DNA from: Bacteroidota bacterium
GTDB taxonomy: Bacteria > Bacteroidota > Bacteroidia > Palsa-948
Reading direction: 5' to 3'
Length of the DNA: 64,000 nucleotides
Assembly: GCA_016213405.1 (NCBI GenBank)
Contig: JACRAM010000057.1
Coordinates: 27,773 to 91,772, forward strand
Numbering within the stretch: position 1 is the first letter of the stretch; every line of letters begins with the position of its first letter. Below are positions 1 through 10,389 of the stretch, piece by piece. Both the position numbers and the translations under genes were made by a program. The notes beneath the pieces are model-generated. The model was not told where the DNA came from. It saw only the letters and a program-made list of their open reading frames with translations, and did not search any database.

Positions 1-150
1 GCCGATAGATTACGGATAGTTCATCGACAAAAACCCATCACTCGTCTAAATGTTAAGTAATTGTTGCTAAAACGCGGGATTTATGGCGTACACTTGCAAA
101 TTAATAATGTAAATTTATAGAGCAGGATTTTAATTTTTCCGCTATATGTA

Positions 151-3100
151 ATGATGAATTTTTACAAATCATATTTATTTACTGTTGTTTTCTCCTCATT
201 TATTTTTTGTAATTCGGGTTTTGCCACTGTCATTATTAATTCTGGCGTTGCAACAAACCCTAACGGAAGTTTTGAAAATGCAACCAGCACTCCAGCAGCC
301 AACGGATGGACTGCCGTAAACGATGCAAGGAATAAATGGATAGTAAACACCGCCACCGCTTTTGCAGGAACTAAAAGCATATATATAACTACTAATGCTG
401 GAACTACTAATGATTACGATAATACAGCTACTCGTGTATCACATTTTTACAGAGATGTTACCTTTCCTGCAGGCGAGACCTGCATTACACTAACATTTAA
501 CTGGAAAGGAGACGGAGAATCTTGTTGCGACCACCTAAAAGTTTATTTGACAAGCACTGCAACCGCTGTTACAGCGGGAACAGAGCAGGCATCGTTAGAT
601 TTAATTGGAGGACCTTATAATGCGCAAACAACTTGGCAAAGCGCTACTATCACAATTCCGGCATCAAATGCAGGAACAACAAAACGTTTGGTTTTCAGTT
701 GGAGAAATGATGCTTCAGTTGGAACAAATCCTCCGGCAGCAGTAGATAATATTTCACTTATTTCATTAGCTCCTGTAGTTCCAACTTATGCATCGCTTGG
801 CTACACACAAGACTTTGAATCATGGACAAGTTCATGCGGTGCTGGAATAAATGATATACCGAGTACCAATTGGGCTGCAAATCCTTCTACCGGAAATAAT
901 TCATGGCGCAGAGATGATGAAGGCGCGCTTGCTGCATGGGGTGTACCGGGTTCTTACATTTATTCTCCGGTATTTACCACCACTGCCCATTCAGCACGGT
1001 TTCACAGCGGAAACGCGACAAGCGGCTTGCAGGGTATTTTAGATTTATATGTTGACTGCAGCCCTGCCGGCACCAAAACTTTAACTTTCGATTATATAAA
1101 TACGAGCGGCACCGATGTGCTTGATGTGTTGCAATCTACCAACGGAGGCAGCACCTTTCCCACCACGCTGGGCTCTTATGCCGTTGCCGGAAGCTGGACA
1201 CAACAATCCATTAGTATTACAACCACTTCAGCCACCACGGTTATACGGTTCAGGGCTACTGCCGATTATGGTTCTACTGATATTGGAATTGATAATTTAA
1301 GATGTTTACTTCCCTGCTCCGGCACTCCCGCAGGCGGCACGGCTTCGGCTTCGCCTGCATCAATATGCCTCGGGCAGAGTTCTACCATTTCTGCATCGGG
1401 TTATACAGTTGCCGGTGGCATAACTTTTCAGTGGCAATCATCACCCAATCCTATTACTACATGGACAAATATTGCAGGGGCAACTTCATCCACCTACACA
1501 GCCACTCCTGGAGCGAGCACCAACTACCGCTGTGTAATTACCTGCTCGAACAGCGCATTATTCGCCTACTCGGCAAGCACCTTAGTAACCATTACCGGAA
1601 CACCTACTTATGCTACCATCCCTTACTCTCAGAGTTTTGAAGGTCCATGGATAAACCGTTGCGACACCCGCGATATTCCAACAAATGCATGGATAAACAC
1701 ACCTGCCACAGGAAATAATTCATGGCGAAGAGATGATGATGGAGCCGCTGCCGCATGGTCTACTCCGGCAGGAGGTGTCTATGCACCTACCAGCACTCTT
1801 GGCACCTATTCTGCCCGTTTCCATTCTGCCTGGGCTTCCAGCGGTTTGCAAGGAAATCTGGACTTATATGTTAACCTCAGCCCTGCCGGAACAAAGTCAT
1901 TGTGTTTTGATTATAATAATACCAGCGGAAGCGATGTGCTTGATGTGATGCTTTCAACAGATGGAGGCGCAACATTTCCTACTACTCTTTTAACTCTGCC
2001 ACCCAATTCAGGATGGACAAACCAAACTGTTAATATCACTTCAACCTCTGCTACCTGTGTACTACGATTCAGAGGCACTTCCGATTATGGCAGCACAGAT
2101 ATCGGCATTGATAATCTCTGGCTTGGAGTTCCCGGAGTTCCCGGCTGCGCTACCTATACTTCACCTGCAAATGGCGCATCGGGAATCACCTGCGGGATAA
2201 ATGCCATATTGAACTGGACTGCACCTGCCGTTACCGCCTGCAACCCTGCAACCAGTTATGATGTGTATTTTGGCACTGCTGCTGCTCCGCCATATCTTAC
2301 CAATGTTACTTCTTTATTCTATAATCCCGGAACGCTTTTGCCAAGCACTACTTATTACTGGAGAATAGTTCCGCGCAATGGCGGAGGCGCTGGCGCCTGT
2401 GCAACGGTTTGGTCATTTGCAACAGGCGCTTCATACACTCCTTCGCAAACCACACCGCCTATCACCGATGGTTTTGAAACCTGCACCGACTGGACAATAG
2501 TGAATGGCGCTCAACCCAATGTATGGATAAGAGGCACAAATACTTTTTATACAGGAGCCAATTCAATGTATATTCATAATGGGGGAGGTACAGATAATGA
2601 TTATGATATTACTGCAACATCAACCGTTCATTTTTATAAAGACATAACTTTTCCTGCGGGAAGCAATGATTATGCGTTGAGATTTTATTGGAAAGGAATG
2701 GGAGAAAGCGCTTCGTATGATTATCTGAGAGTATTTTTTGCTCCTACTTCGGTTACTCCGGTTGCCGGAACACAGGTAAGTTCCACTTATGAGTTAACTC
2801 CTTATGTATATAATCAATCGGCAACATGGCAGCAGTTTACAAATACATTGCCTGTTGCCTGCGGAGGAAACGAAACATGGCGGCTTATTTTCTCATGGTG
2901 GAATGATGGAGGCGGAGGCACACAACCGCCCATTGCCGTTGACGATATTCAGATAACCACCACCCCGCGCACAGGAACCACTTGCGCCAATCCTGTGAAC
3001 ATCACTTTGCCGTATTTAAAAACAGGAGAAACCACCGCCTGCATGGGCGATGATTACACCAATGCAAGTGTTGCTTCCTGCGGCTCAAGTTATGAATCAG

Positions 3101-6100
3101 ACAATGATAAGGTATATAAAGTATTGGTAGGCGCTGCCGGTTGTGTTAATGTTACACTCAGCAATACCAGTTCCACCTCTATCGGTTTTCAGGTTTATAA
3201 TGGCTGCCCGGATGTGAGCGGAAGCACCTGCATATTTAATTCTACCACCGGCACCATTGGCGGATTTCTTACTGCCGATATTAACATTCCTTCAGCCGGA
3301 TACTATTATGTTATTGTAGACAGTTGGTCGGTTCCGGGTGATTATGTAAATTATGATATTACCATCAGCGCACCAGGCGGAAATACAGCTAACGACCCTT
3401 GCAGCGGAGCCATACCCTTAACGCTTGGCGTGAGCGCAAATGGAGACAACACCTGCACCAACGCTATGGGTGAGCCGGTAGCCCCCGCCTGCTGGACAAC
3501 CGGAGCGATGAATACAATTTGGTACAGAGTTACTATACCTGCATCCAGAGACCTTGTCATAAAAACCACTGCCGGTTCATTATTGAAAACACAAATTGAT
3601 GTCTATAGAGGCAATTCCTGTGCTGGACTAACCTATGTTGACTGTAATCAGGATGCGGCATCCTGCGGAACACAATACGACCATTCTTATTTAAATCTTC
3701 AGAATATTGGCGCAGGCACTTATGCCTATATAAGAGTAGATGGCGAGGATAATCTCGTTGGTACTTTCTCCATTCTGGTTATTGATGGAAACAATATAGC
3801 CCTTCCTGTATTGCCTCCTGTAGTAGGTCAGGATTGCGGACCGGTTCTAACATATACAAATCCTATTTGCGGTCAAACCACCACGGTTGCCAATCCCGGT
3901 AATTTTGCATTCGGCAATATCTGTGATTTTACCGGCACCGGAATATGTCTTGCCAGCGGAGAAAAAAGTTCTACATGGTACACCATCAACATCAATGCAA
4001 ACGGAACTCTTGCATTTGATATTGTTCCCAATGATTATGGCAACCCGAACCCACTGACCGGACAATCCAATCCGGGGTATATCTCGCCTGGCGATGAAAC
4101 CGACTACGATTGGTCATTATGGAGATGGTCAGCCGCTTGTAATGGCACAGGTGATGGCACATGGTGTTGTACCGAAATTGCTGCTGCAACTGCTCCCTCT
4201 ACGCCCACTCGATGCAATTATAGTTATCTCGGAGTAACCGGACTGTATACAACAACAGGAACAGCCCCGCCTGCTTATGCGGGATTTGGTGGCGCATATG
4301 AAGCAAATTTAGCAGTCACCAATGGAGAAATTTATGTTCTTGCCGTCAGCAACTATGCGAATGATTATGTTTCAGGATACACACTAAAATTCAGCGGCAC
4401 TTCGCCCATTGCCTATTCTACACCGGGTTCCACCATGACTTGGGGAAGCAGCACAAGCAACGCGTGGGTTCAGGCAGGAAATTGGGGAGGATGCGGTCCG
4501 CCTAACTGCGGGATAAATGCCATCATTGCTTCAGGAGGAGCTCAGCCCATAATCAGTTCAAATGTAAACGTTCAGAATATTACTATCAATGCCGGAGCAA
4601 CTCTGATGATTAACCCAAACTGCACGCTGACTGTTTGCGGTGACTTTATCAATAACGGAACGCTTACGATGGCATCTACCGCAACACTGCTTTTTAATAA
4701 TGGCGCTGTTGTGCAGAACATCAGCGGCTCATTGACCGGAGCAAATAAAATCGGAAATCTTGTTATTAATAAAACAGGCGGCAGCCTTATACTGGCAGCA
4801 GCAACACCTCTTGACATAGGAGGAAATTTTGTAACTCAAAATACGACCAGTGTTTTCAATGGCAATAATAATGTGATAAAAATTGCCGGCAACTTCAGCA
4901 CGGCATCAAACGTAACCGTTACGAATTTCCCCAATGTTGAATTTAACGGAACCATTCCTCAAACGTATACCAACAGTGCCGGAACTATAACCTGGACCAA
5001 TGTTACTATGAATAATTCGGGCGGAGGAATGACATTGACAGGAACCGCCACCAGCAACTTAGTGATTGCAGGAATATTAACCTTAACCAATGGAATTATT
5101 TATACTGCCAATCCTCCATTATTAATAATGAATGCCGGCTCTTCAGTTCCTTCGCCCTACGGAAGTATTATAAGTTTTGTTGACGGACCGATGCAGAAAA
5201 TCGGAGCCACCGCTTTTGTATTTCCTGTTGGTGATGCTTTCAACCGTTGGGCAAGAATAGCGATTTCTGCCCCAACAGCTGCTTCCACTTTTCAGGCGCA
5301 ATATTTTTTCACGCCTTATACAAATATTACTTCTATGTGCGCTGCACCTCTTCCGGTGCTGAATAATGTAAGCGGATTTGAATATTGGCAACTTGACAGA
5401 CCTGCAGGCACAGGAAACGCAGCGGTTACTTTATATTGGGAAAATGCTGCCAGCAGTGGGATAAACAGTTGCACAGGCACTCCGGGTGATTTAGTAGTTG
5501 GGCGTTTCACGGGTGCTTGCTGGGAAAATAAAAATCTAGCAGCCGTTAATCCTTACACAGGTTCTTGCGCTGGTACTGCAGCAGGAACAGTAACTTCTGA
5601 TGTTGTTACTGCTTTCAGTCCTTTTACTTTTAGTTCAAAATCACCGGGAGTCAACCCGCTTCCTGCTGAACTTTTATCCTTCACAGGAAAAAGTAATGGG
5701 GAAGAAAATATTCTTGAATGGGTAACTGCTTCTGAAAGAAACAACGATTATTTTACGCTGGAACGCGGAACGGATGGATTTAACTTTGAAAAACTTGCAG
5801 TAGTGGATGGAGCGGGCAACAGCAGTACCACAAAGCATTATCAATCCATAGACAAAGAACCTTTTATCGGCATTAATTATTACCGGCTGAAGCAAACTGA
5901 TTTTGATGGTTCAGTAAAATACGCTGCAAATATTATTGTGATTGATTTCAAACAAGCGCCTCATTATCTGTTTTACCCTAACCCTGCAAATAATGAAATA
6001 ATGGTTTACACCACATCCTTGCAGGAAGAAAATATCGCCATTGATATAGCAGATGTTTTTGGAAGAAAAATGATGCAGCAAAAACAACTGACTGTGAAAG

Positions 6101-6219
6101 GAATCAATCAGGCGGAAAGCATTGACATCAGCAATTTTGCGGAAGGAATTTATTTTGTTATCATCAGCGATATGAATAACAAAACCATTTCTCAGCAAAA
6201 GTTTGTGAAGAGGAAGTAA
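151..6219 (+). CDS. Large secreted multidomain surface protein with T9SS type-A C-terminal sorting domain (adhesin-like)
   Basis: 2022-aa ORF with N-terminal signal peptide. Thr/Ser/Gly/Cys-rich beta-domain repeats and an FN3-like segment (LNWTAP...YDVYFG...YYWRIVP). C-terminus PLPAELLSF...EWVTASERNNDYF...YYRLKQTDFDG...YPNPA...KFVK is typical of a T9SS CTD. Confidence 0.85.
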   Translation: MMNFYKSYLFTVVFSSFIFCNSGFATVIINSGVATNPNGSFENATSTPAANGWTAVNDARNKWIVNTATAFAGTKSIYITTNAGTTNDYDNTATRVSHFYRDVTFPAGETCITLTFNWKGDGESCCDHLKVYLTSTATAVTAGTEQASLDLIGGPYNAQTTWQSATITIPASNAGTTKRLVFSWRNDASVGTNPPAAVDNISLISLAPVVPTYASLGYTQDFESWTSSCGAGINDIPSTNWAANPSTGNNSWRRDDEGALAAWGVPGSYIYSPVFTTTAHSARFHSGNATSGLQGILDLYVDCSPAGTKTLTFDYINTSGTDVLDVLQSTNGGSTFPTTLGSYAVAGSWTQQSISITTTSATTVIRFRATADYGSTDIGIDNLRCLLPCSGTPAGGTASASPASICLGQSSTISASGYTVAGGITFQWQSSPNPITTWTNIAGATSSTYTATPGASTNYRCVITCSNSALFAYSASTLVTITGTPTYATIPYSQSFEGPWINRCDTRDIPTNAWINTPATGNNSWRRDDDGAAAAWSTPAGGVYAPTSTLGTYSARFHSAWASSGLQGNLDLYVNLSPAGTKSLCFDYNNTSGSDVLDVMLSTDGGATFPTTLLTLPPNSGWTNQTVNITSTSATCVLRFRGTSDYGSTDIGIDNLWLGVPGVPGCATYTSPANGASGITCGINAILNWTAPAVTACNPATSYDVYFGTAAAPPYLTNVTSLFYNPGTLLPSTTYYWRIVPRNGGGAGACATVWSFATGASYTPSQTTPPITDGFETCTDWTIVNGAQPNVWIRGTNTFYTGANSMYIHNGGGTDNDYDITATSTVHFYKDITFPAGSNDYALRFYWKGMGESASYDYLRVFFAPTSVTPVAGTQVSSTYELTPYVYNQSATWQQFTNTLPVACGGNETWRLIFSWWNDGGGGTQPPIAVDDIQITTTPRTGTTCANPVNITLPYLKTGETTACMGDDYTNASVASCGSSYESDNDKVYKVLVGAAGCVNVTLSNTSSTSIGFQVYNGCPDVSGSTCIFNSTTGTIGGFLTADINIPSAGYYYVIVDSWSVPGDYVNYDITISAPGGNTANDPCSGAIPLTLGVSANGDNTCTNAMGEPVAPACWTTGAMNTIWYRVTIPASRDLVIKTTAGSLLKTQIDVYRGNSCAGLTYVDCNQDAASCGTQYDHSYLNLQNIGAGTYAYIRVDGEDNLVGTFSILVIDGNNIALPVLPPVVGQDCGPVLTYTNPICGQTTTVANPGNFAFGNICDFTGTGICLASGEKSSTWYTININANGTLAFDIVPNDYGNPNPLTGQSNPGYISPGDETDYDWSLWRWSAACNGTGDGTWCCTEIAAATAPSTPTRCNYSYLGVTGLYTTTGTAPPAYAGFGGAYEANLAVTNGEIYVLAVSNYANDYVSGYTLKFSGTSPIAYSTPGSTMTWGSSTSNAWVQAGNWGGCGPPNCGINAIIASGGAQPIISSNVNVQNITINAGATLMINPNCTLTVCGDFINNGTLTMASTATLLFNNGAVVQNISGSLTGANKIGNLVINKTGGSLILAAATPLDIGGNFVTQNTTSVFNGNNNVIKIAGNFSTASNVTVTNFPNVEFNGTIPQTYTNSAGTITWTNVTMNNSGGGMTLTGTATSNLVIAGILTLTNGIIYTANPPLLIMNAGSSVPSPYGSIISFVDGPMQKIGATAFVFPVGDAFNRWARIAISAPTAASTFQAQYFFTPYTNITSMCAAPLPVLNNVSGFEYWQLDRPAGTGNAAVTLYWENAASSGINSCTGTPGDLVVGRFTGACWENKNLAAVNPYTGSCAGTAAGTVTSDVVTAFSPFTFSSKSPGVNPLPAELLSFTGKSNGEENILEWVTASERNNDYFTLERGTDGFNFEKLAVVDGAGNSSTTKHYQSIDKEPFIGINYYRLKQTDFDGSVKYAANIIVIDFKQAPHYLFYPNPANNEIMVYTTSLQEENIAIDIADVFGRKMMQQKQLTVKGINQAESIDISNFAEGIYFVIISDMNNKTISQQKFVKRK

Positions 6220-6337
6220 CGCCCTCTCTCTCCTTTTTCTTTTTATTCTTTCTTTCCTCTGTTTATTGCTGTGCTGCAACCGCGCTCAGTAAATAGAAAA
6301 GTTATATTTTCGCTTATCATCTCAAAAACACCTTATC

Positions 6338-7357
6338 ATGAAAATCGTTAAAGGAATATTAATTGCGCTGGTAGTTCTGGCAGCAATAGTTTCAATTGTC
6401 GGATTTCTTTCACCCAAACACGTGCATGTTGAGCGTTCGCTCACTATCAGTGCACCGGCAGAAATCATTCACGAGCAGATTAACAATCTTAAAAACTGGG
6501 AAAAGTGGTCGCCCTGGCAAAAGATGGACCCTGCCATGAAAACAGAATATAGCGGGAGCGAAGCAGGTGCGGGCGCCTCTTCAAAATGGACAAGCGAAAA
6601 TAAAAATGTAGGAAGCGGAGATATGACGATTACTTCCAGCACACCGGATTCTATTACTACTGCAATAAACTTTATGGAAAACGGAACCGCTACGGGAAAA
6701 TTTATTTTTGCAAAATCAGACAGTGGAATAAAAGTTACATGGAGCATGGAAAGCGATATGGGAATGAATCCTATCGGAAGAATCTTTGGTTTGTTCATGG
6801 ACAAAATGATGGGACCTGATTTTGAAAAGGGATTAGCGGGCATTAAAGAAGTAGCAGAAGCAATTCCAACAGGACCAAAAAAATACCGCGGCTTTGAAGT
6901 AATGGAAATGGATTCGCCCGAAATGGTTTACATCGGAAAAAAAGATTCTTTGGGCTGGGCTCAGATTTCGGAGTTCTACCAGAAAAATCTTCCCGCTATT
7001 TTTGAAGCGGTTGGAAAAGCAAAACTTGAACCAGCGGCTTCTCCTTCAGGATTATATTTCAGCTGGGACACGGTGAACAAAATCGCTGTAATGGCTGCCG
7101 CCATTCCCGTGAAAGGAGATTCAAAAACAAAAGTGAAAGGGTTTGAAACATTTATTCTTCCCGCAGGAAAAATGCTTCACATCGCCTACATGGGCGGCTA
7201 CAACGGAATTGGCACAGCGCACATGGCAATGGATGACTACATGCATGAAAAAGGATTCATGCAACTCACGCCCATTGCTGAAGAATATGTTACTGACCCG
7301 GGCAAAGAACCCGATTCAACCAAGTGGCTGACGAATGTGTATTACCCTGTGAAGTAA
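6338..7357 (+). CDS. SRPBCC (polyketide cyclase-like) + GyrI-like effector-binding domain protein
   Basis: N-terminal TM; HVERSLTISAPAE...WEKWSPW...GPDFEKGL (SRPBCC); C-terminal EEYVTDPGKEPDSTKWLTNVYYP (GyrI-like). Confidence 0.8.
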   Translation: MKIVKGILIALVVLAAIVSIVGFLSPKHVHVERSLTISAPAEIIHEQINNLKNWEKWSPWQKMDPAMKTEYSGSEAGAGASSKWTSENKNVGSGDMTITSSTPDSITTAINFMENGTATGKFIFAKSDSGIKVTWSMESDMGMNPIGRIFGLFMDKMMGPDFEKGLAGIKEVAEAIPTGPKKYRGFEVMEMDSPEMVYIGKKDSLGWAQISEFYQKNLPAIFEAVGKAKLEPAASPSGLYFSWDTVNKIAVMAAAIPVKGDSKTKVKGFETFILPAGKMLHIAYMGGYNGIGTAHMAMDDYMHEKGFMQLTPIAEEYVTDPGKEPDSTKWLTNVYYPVK

Positions 7358-7464
7358 TTAAAAGCTAAGAATTTGTAATACTGTGTAACTAATTACAGTT
7401 TGAAAACGTCCAAGCAATATTAAAAGAGTATTCTTCTTAAATTTACCTTTAAAACAATAATTAC

Positions 7465-8418
7465 ATGAAAAACAAATCAATCATTGTCATGCTTTCGATA
7501 GCAGCAATGAGCGTGTTGCTTGTTACAACAAGCTGCCGAAAAAGGAAAGAATTCAAAAATGAAAACGGGCAGTCATCGGAAGACAACCGCAACATTCAGA
7601 GCCAAACCGATCAGGGTGTAAGCGATGCCAACACAGCTATCGGCAATTATTCATCCATGTCAGGAAGAAGCACCCAGCTTCCTTCGGTTTTGACAACCAT
7701 TTGCGGTGCATCCATTGATAGTATAGGTCCAGGTATTGTCAAAATTAATTATGATGGTACCGTGTGCAACAACCGAAAAAGAGAGGGCTCCATCCGCCTC
7801 ACCATTCTGAATTATTCAAGCGGAGTGCGATGGAAAAATGCGGGTTGTGTTTTACAGGTTGAATATTTAAGTTATAAAGTAACACGCGCCTCTGACGACA
7901 AGAGCATTAAATTTGACGGCACTCACCTTGTGACCAACGTAAACGGTGGAACTTGGTTTGATTTGATTTTCTTAGGTCAGCCAAGTTTGATTCATACTGT
8001 TACTCCCAGCGGTGCGCTTACCTGCACGTTTGAAGACGGAAAATCTGCTACCTGCAACCTGAACCGAAAATTCACTTACGTATGGGCAAACAGTGTTCTT
8101 ACCTGCACAGGCGAAGGAACAGGCTCTTACAACAGTTTAAGTAATCTTGAAAACTACGGCACTACCCGCAATGGCGATGCATTCACTAGTCAGGTTACAA
8201 CCCCTGTTATCTGGAACACTACTTGCGGTGCATGGGCTCCTGTTCAGGGAGAAGTGAGCGTTGTTGTGGAGGGCAAAGAGTTCAACTTAATTTGCACATT
8301 TGGTGTGGATGCCAGCGGAAATCCAGTTCCGGTTGTGGCAAATGATTGCCCTTATGGATGGAAACTCTACTGGAAATACAAGAAAAAAGATAAAACAAAA
8401 ATATTCGGGTATCACTAA
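7465..8418 (+). CDS. Hypothetical lipoprotein
   Basis: Lipobox LVTTS|C after a hydrophobic stretch; 317-aa beta-rich ORF. Confidence 0.7.
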   Translation: MKNKSIIVMLSIAAMSVLLVTTSCRKRKEFKNENGQSSEDNRNIQSQTDQGVSDANTAIGNYSSMSGRSTQLPSVLTTICGASIDSIGPGIVKINYDGTVCNNRKREGSIRLTILNYSSGVRWKNAGCVLQVEYLSYKVTRASDDKSIKFDGTHLVTNVNGGTWFDLIFLGQPSLIHTVTPSGALTCTFEDGKSATCNLNRKFTYVWANSVLTCTGEGTGSYNSLSNLENYGTTRNGDAFTSQVTTPVIWNTTCGAWAPVQGEVSVVVEGKEFNLICTFGVDASGNPVPVVANDCPYGWKLYWKYKKKDKTKIFGYH

Positions 8419-8440
8419 AAATTAAAACCTTCAGTAATAA

Positions 8441-8477
8441 TAAAACCCATTCCGCACTGCGCGGGATGGGTTTTTAA
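8441..8477. terminator. Probable bidirectional intrinsic terminator
   Basis: AAAACCCATTCCGCactGCGCGGGATGGGTTTTT hairpin with A and T tails between convergent genes. Confidence 0.7.
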
Positions 8478-8508
8478 TTTTTGATCTTTTCGGATAACCA
8501 GCTCTACC

Positions 8509-9435
8509 TTAATCTTTCACCTTTTCAAATACAATCCTGTAATGATCAAAGATGTGCCGGGTGAACACATGCAGGTTGGCTTGTATTTTAAACCTGCGCA
8601 TCCATTCTCTGAAAGTGGGGTCAAATAAATAATCGGGGATGAAAGATGCGAAAAGCAAATACTTGCGGAAACTGAATTTAGTAAATGCGGCTGTCCACCG
8701 GTGAATGGTTTCGATGTAATCGAACCTGCCGCTGTCAACCGATATTAATTTGAAATGTTCTTCGGTGGCGGGGTTAATCAATCCTTCTTTTCCATAGGGA
8801 AGCCATGAGCCGGGAAACACACGGCAGATGATATCCATGTATTCTTCGTTTGTAAATTCTTTTTTGCTTAAATCGGTTTTATCAAAGGGGATATCTTCGA
8901 ACTTCACCATATTAGGACCGAACACCATTGATTGGCAATAAAAACGTCCACCTACTGGAAGCAAACTGGCTACTTGCTTAAAATATTTTTTATAAATTTT
9001 TTCCTGCTCGCCTGCTGCATATTCTTCCACAGAACATAAATGTTCGGGGCTTCCCATTGCAGTTATGGCATCAAACTTTCCGAATGTTTCAGGAGTAATA
9101 TCTTTAGAGTTCATGTGTTTAACTTTCAAACCGTTTTTTATGCAGGCATCCGCCTGTCCTTTGGCTAATACCACACCATACGCATCTACTCCCATCCCGC
9201 CTAAATAATCTACAAAGTTGCCCCACCCGCATCCCATATCCAACACTTTTGAGCCGTTTTTGATATTACATCCATCAATAATGAACTGGTATTTTTTGAG
9301 TTGCGCTGCTTCCGTGGTCATGGAAAAATCTCCATCAAACCGGGCGCAGCTGTAAGCGCCTTTGTCGCCTAAGCTTAAACGGAATATTTTATCCATCCGT
9401 GTATAGTGCGCATCTAAGTGTTTTTGGTCTGCCAT
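8509..9435 (-). CDS. Cyclopropane-fatty-acyl-phospholipid synthase-like SAM-dependent methyltransferase
   Basis: YSCARF, AQLKKY, SAM motif VLDMGCGWG, FPGSWLP, DY..T..RW motifs of the CMAS family. Confidence 0.8.
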   Translation of the reverse strand: MADQKHLDAHYTRMDKIFRLSLGDKGAYSCARFDGDFSMTTEAAQLKKYQFIIDGCNIKNGSKVLDMGCGWGNFVDYLGGMGVDAYGVVLAKGQADACIKNGLKVKHMNSKDITPETFGKFDAITAMGSPEHLCSVEEYAAGEQEKIYKKYFKQVASLLPVGGRFYCQSMVFGPNMVKFEDIPFDKTDLSKKEFTNEEYMDIICRVFPGSWLPYGKEGLINPATEEHFKLISVDSGRFDYIETIHRWTAAFTKFSFRKYLLFASFIPDYLFDPTFREWMRRFKIQANLHVFTRHIFDHYRIVFEKVKD

Positions 9436-9480
9436 GTTTTTTTATTTTTTATTTGTTCTATGGAGTAAATTTCTATCTGT

Positions 9481-10113
9481 TTATATGGAGAAGTAAAAAC
9501 CACTTAATGCCCTCGACAAAAGTGCTAAAAATACTACAATCACAATAATTACAAGTATGATTACAATAACTATTTTATTAGTAACAGAGCTATTATTTTC
9601 CTGCATTTGCTTGTCGGTTTTCGCTTTTGAATCCCAATTATAGGATGCTACATCTGTTCTTAAGATAGATTGTTCAACTTTGCTCATCGCAGAATCCTGC
9701 GAAACGGAAACTTCATTTTTTACATAGTAAATACGCACAGAAGTTTCTCTGATGATTTTGCAATGAATCGTATCACCTCTTTTTGTTATGATAATACCAT
9801 CGGCAACGCTTTTGTTTTCATTCAAGATTAAAGGTGGTTCGCTGAAAACTACAGGAGGTTTTTTCTTGAAGGAGATAGTTTGAATATCAGAGTTATTGTC
9901 AGCGCTTAATACATCTTCATTAAAAACAGTTTCTGTTTCTGCCTGCCCCGACAAAGCCTGGGTGTTTTCTTTTCTTGCTGTTTGTTTTTCTTCCGGATTA
10001 TTTCTCTTGCTGTTCCACTCAATATGATAACCGGGCATATATTTTCTTTGTTCAATAGTGCACGAAGTAATAAATGAGAGAAGAAATAACAGGAGCAGGA
10101 GCTTTGTTTTTAT
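9481..10113 (-). CDS. Hypothetical lipoprotein with C-terminal TM helix (start probably upstream of the ORF-track ATG)
   Basis: The frame stays open upstream of 10038 and gives IKTKLLLLLFLLSFITS|CTIEQRKYMPGYH, a complete lipoprotein signal starting at ATA 10113. Confidence 0.6.
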   Translation of the reverse strand: MKTKLLLLLFLLSFITSCTIEQRKYMPGYHIEWNSKRNNPEEKQTARKENTQALSGQAETETVFNEDVLSADNNSDIQTISFKKKPPVVFSEPPLILNENKSVADGIIITKRGDTIHCKIIRETSVRIYYVKNEVSVSQDSAMSKVEQSILRTDVASYNWDSKAKTDKQMQENNSSVTNKIVIVIILVIIVIVVFLALLSRALSGFYFSI

Positions 10114-10119
10114 TGTGTT

Positions 10120-10389
10120 TTATTTTTGTATAATGAATTTTTTTGTTGCTGTTTCTTGTTTAGTTTGAATTTGATCAGTTGTTTCATCTTTAATAACAAT
10201 CCTTGCTCTTGCACATTTTGAAAAGGAGATAGAATCTTTCTTCTCAACATTATTATGTGTTTTTTGTTTTTTTGTACTGTCATCTGTTTGTACAAACATA
10301 GGCACCCAAAGAAACATGGACAAACTTATAAACATATGTATTTTGAATAAGTTACGTATTGCTTTGTTTTTATTTCCATCATCCACCAC
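10120..10389 (-). CDS. Small hypothetical protein with one hydrophobic segment
   Basis: 89-aa ORF filling the gap between co-oriented genes; start uncertain. Confidence 0.4.
   Translation of the reverse strand: MVDDGNKNKAIRNLFKIHMFISLSMFLWVPMFVQTDDSTKKQKTHNNVEKKDSISFSKCARARIVIKDETTDQIQTKQETATKKFIIQK

Noticed and set aside
6220..6265. Pyrimidine-rich tract after the T9SS gene
   Set aside because: Low complexity with no stem or clear periodicity.
162..6279. Many short antisense or out-of-frame ORFs inside the 2022-aa gene (and likewise inside other long CDSs)
   Set aside because: Shadow ORFs with no recognisable motifs.
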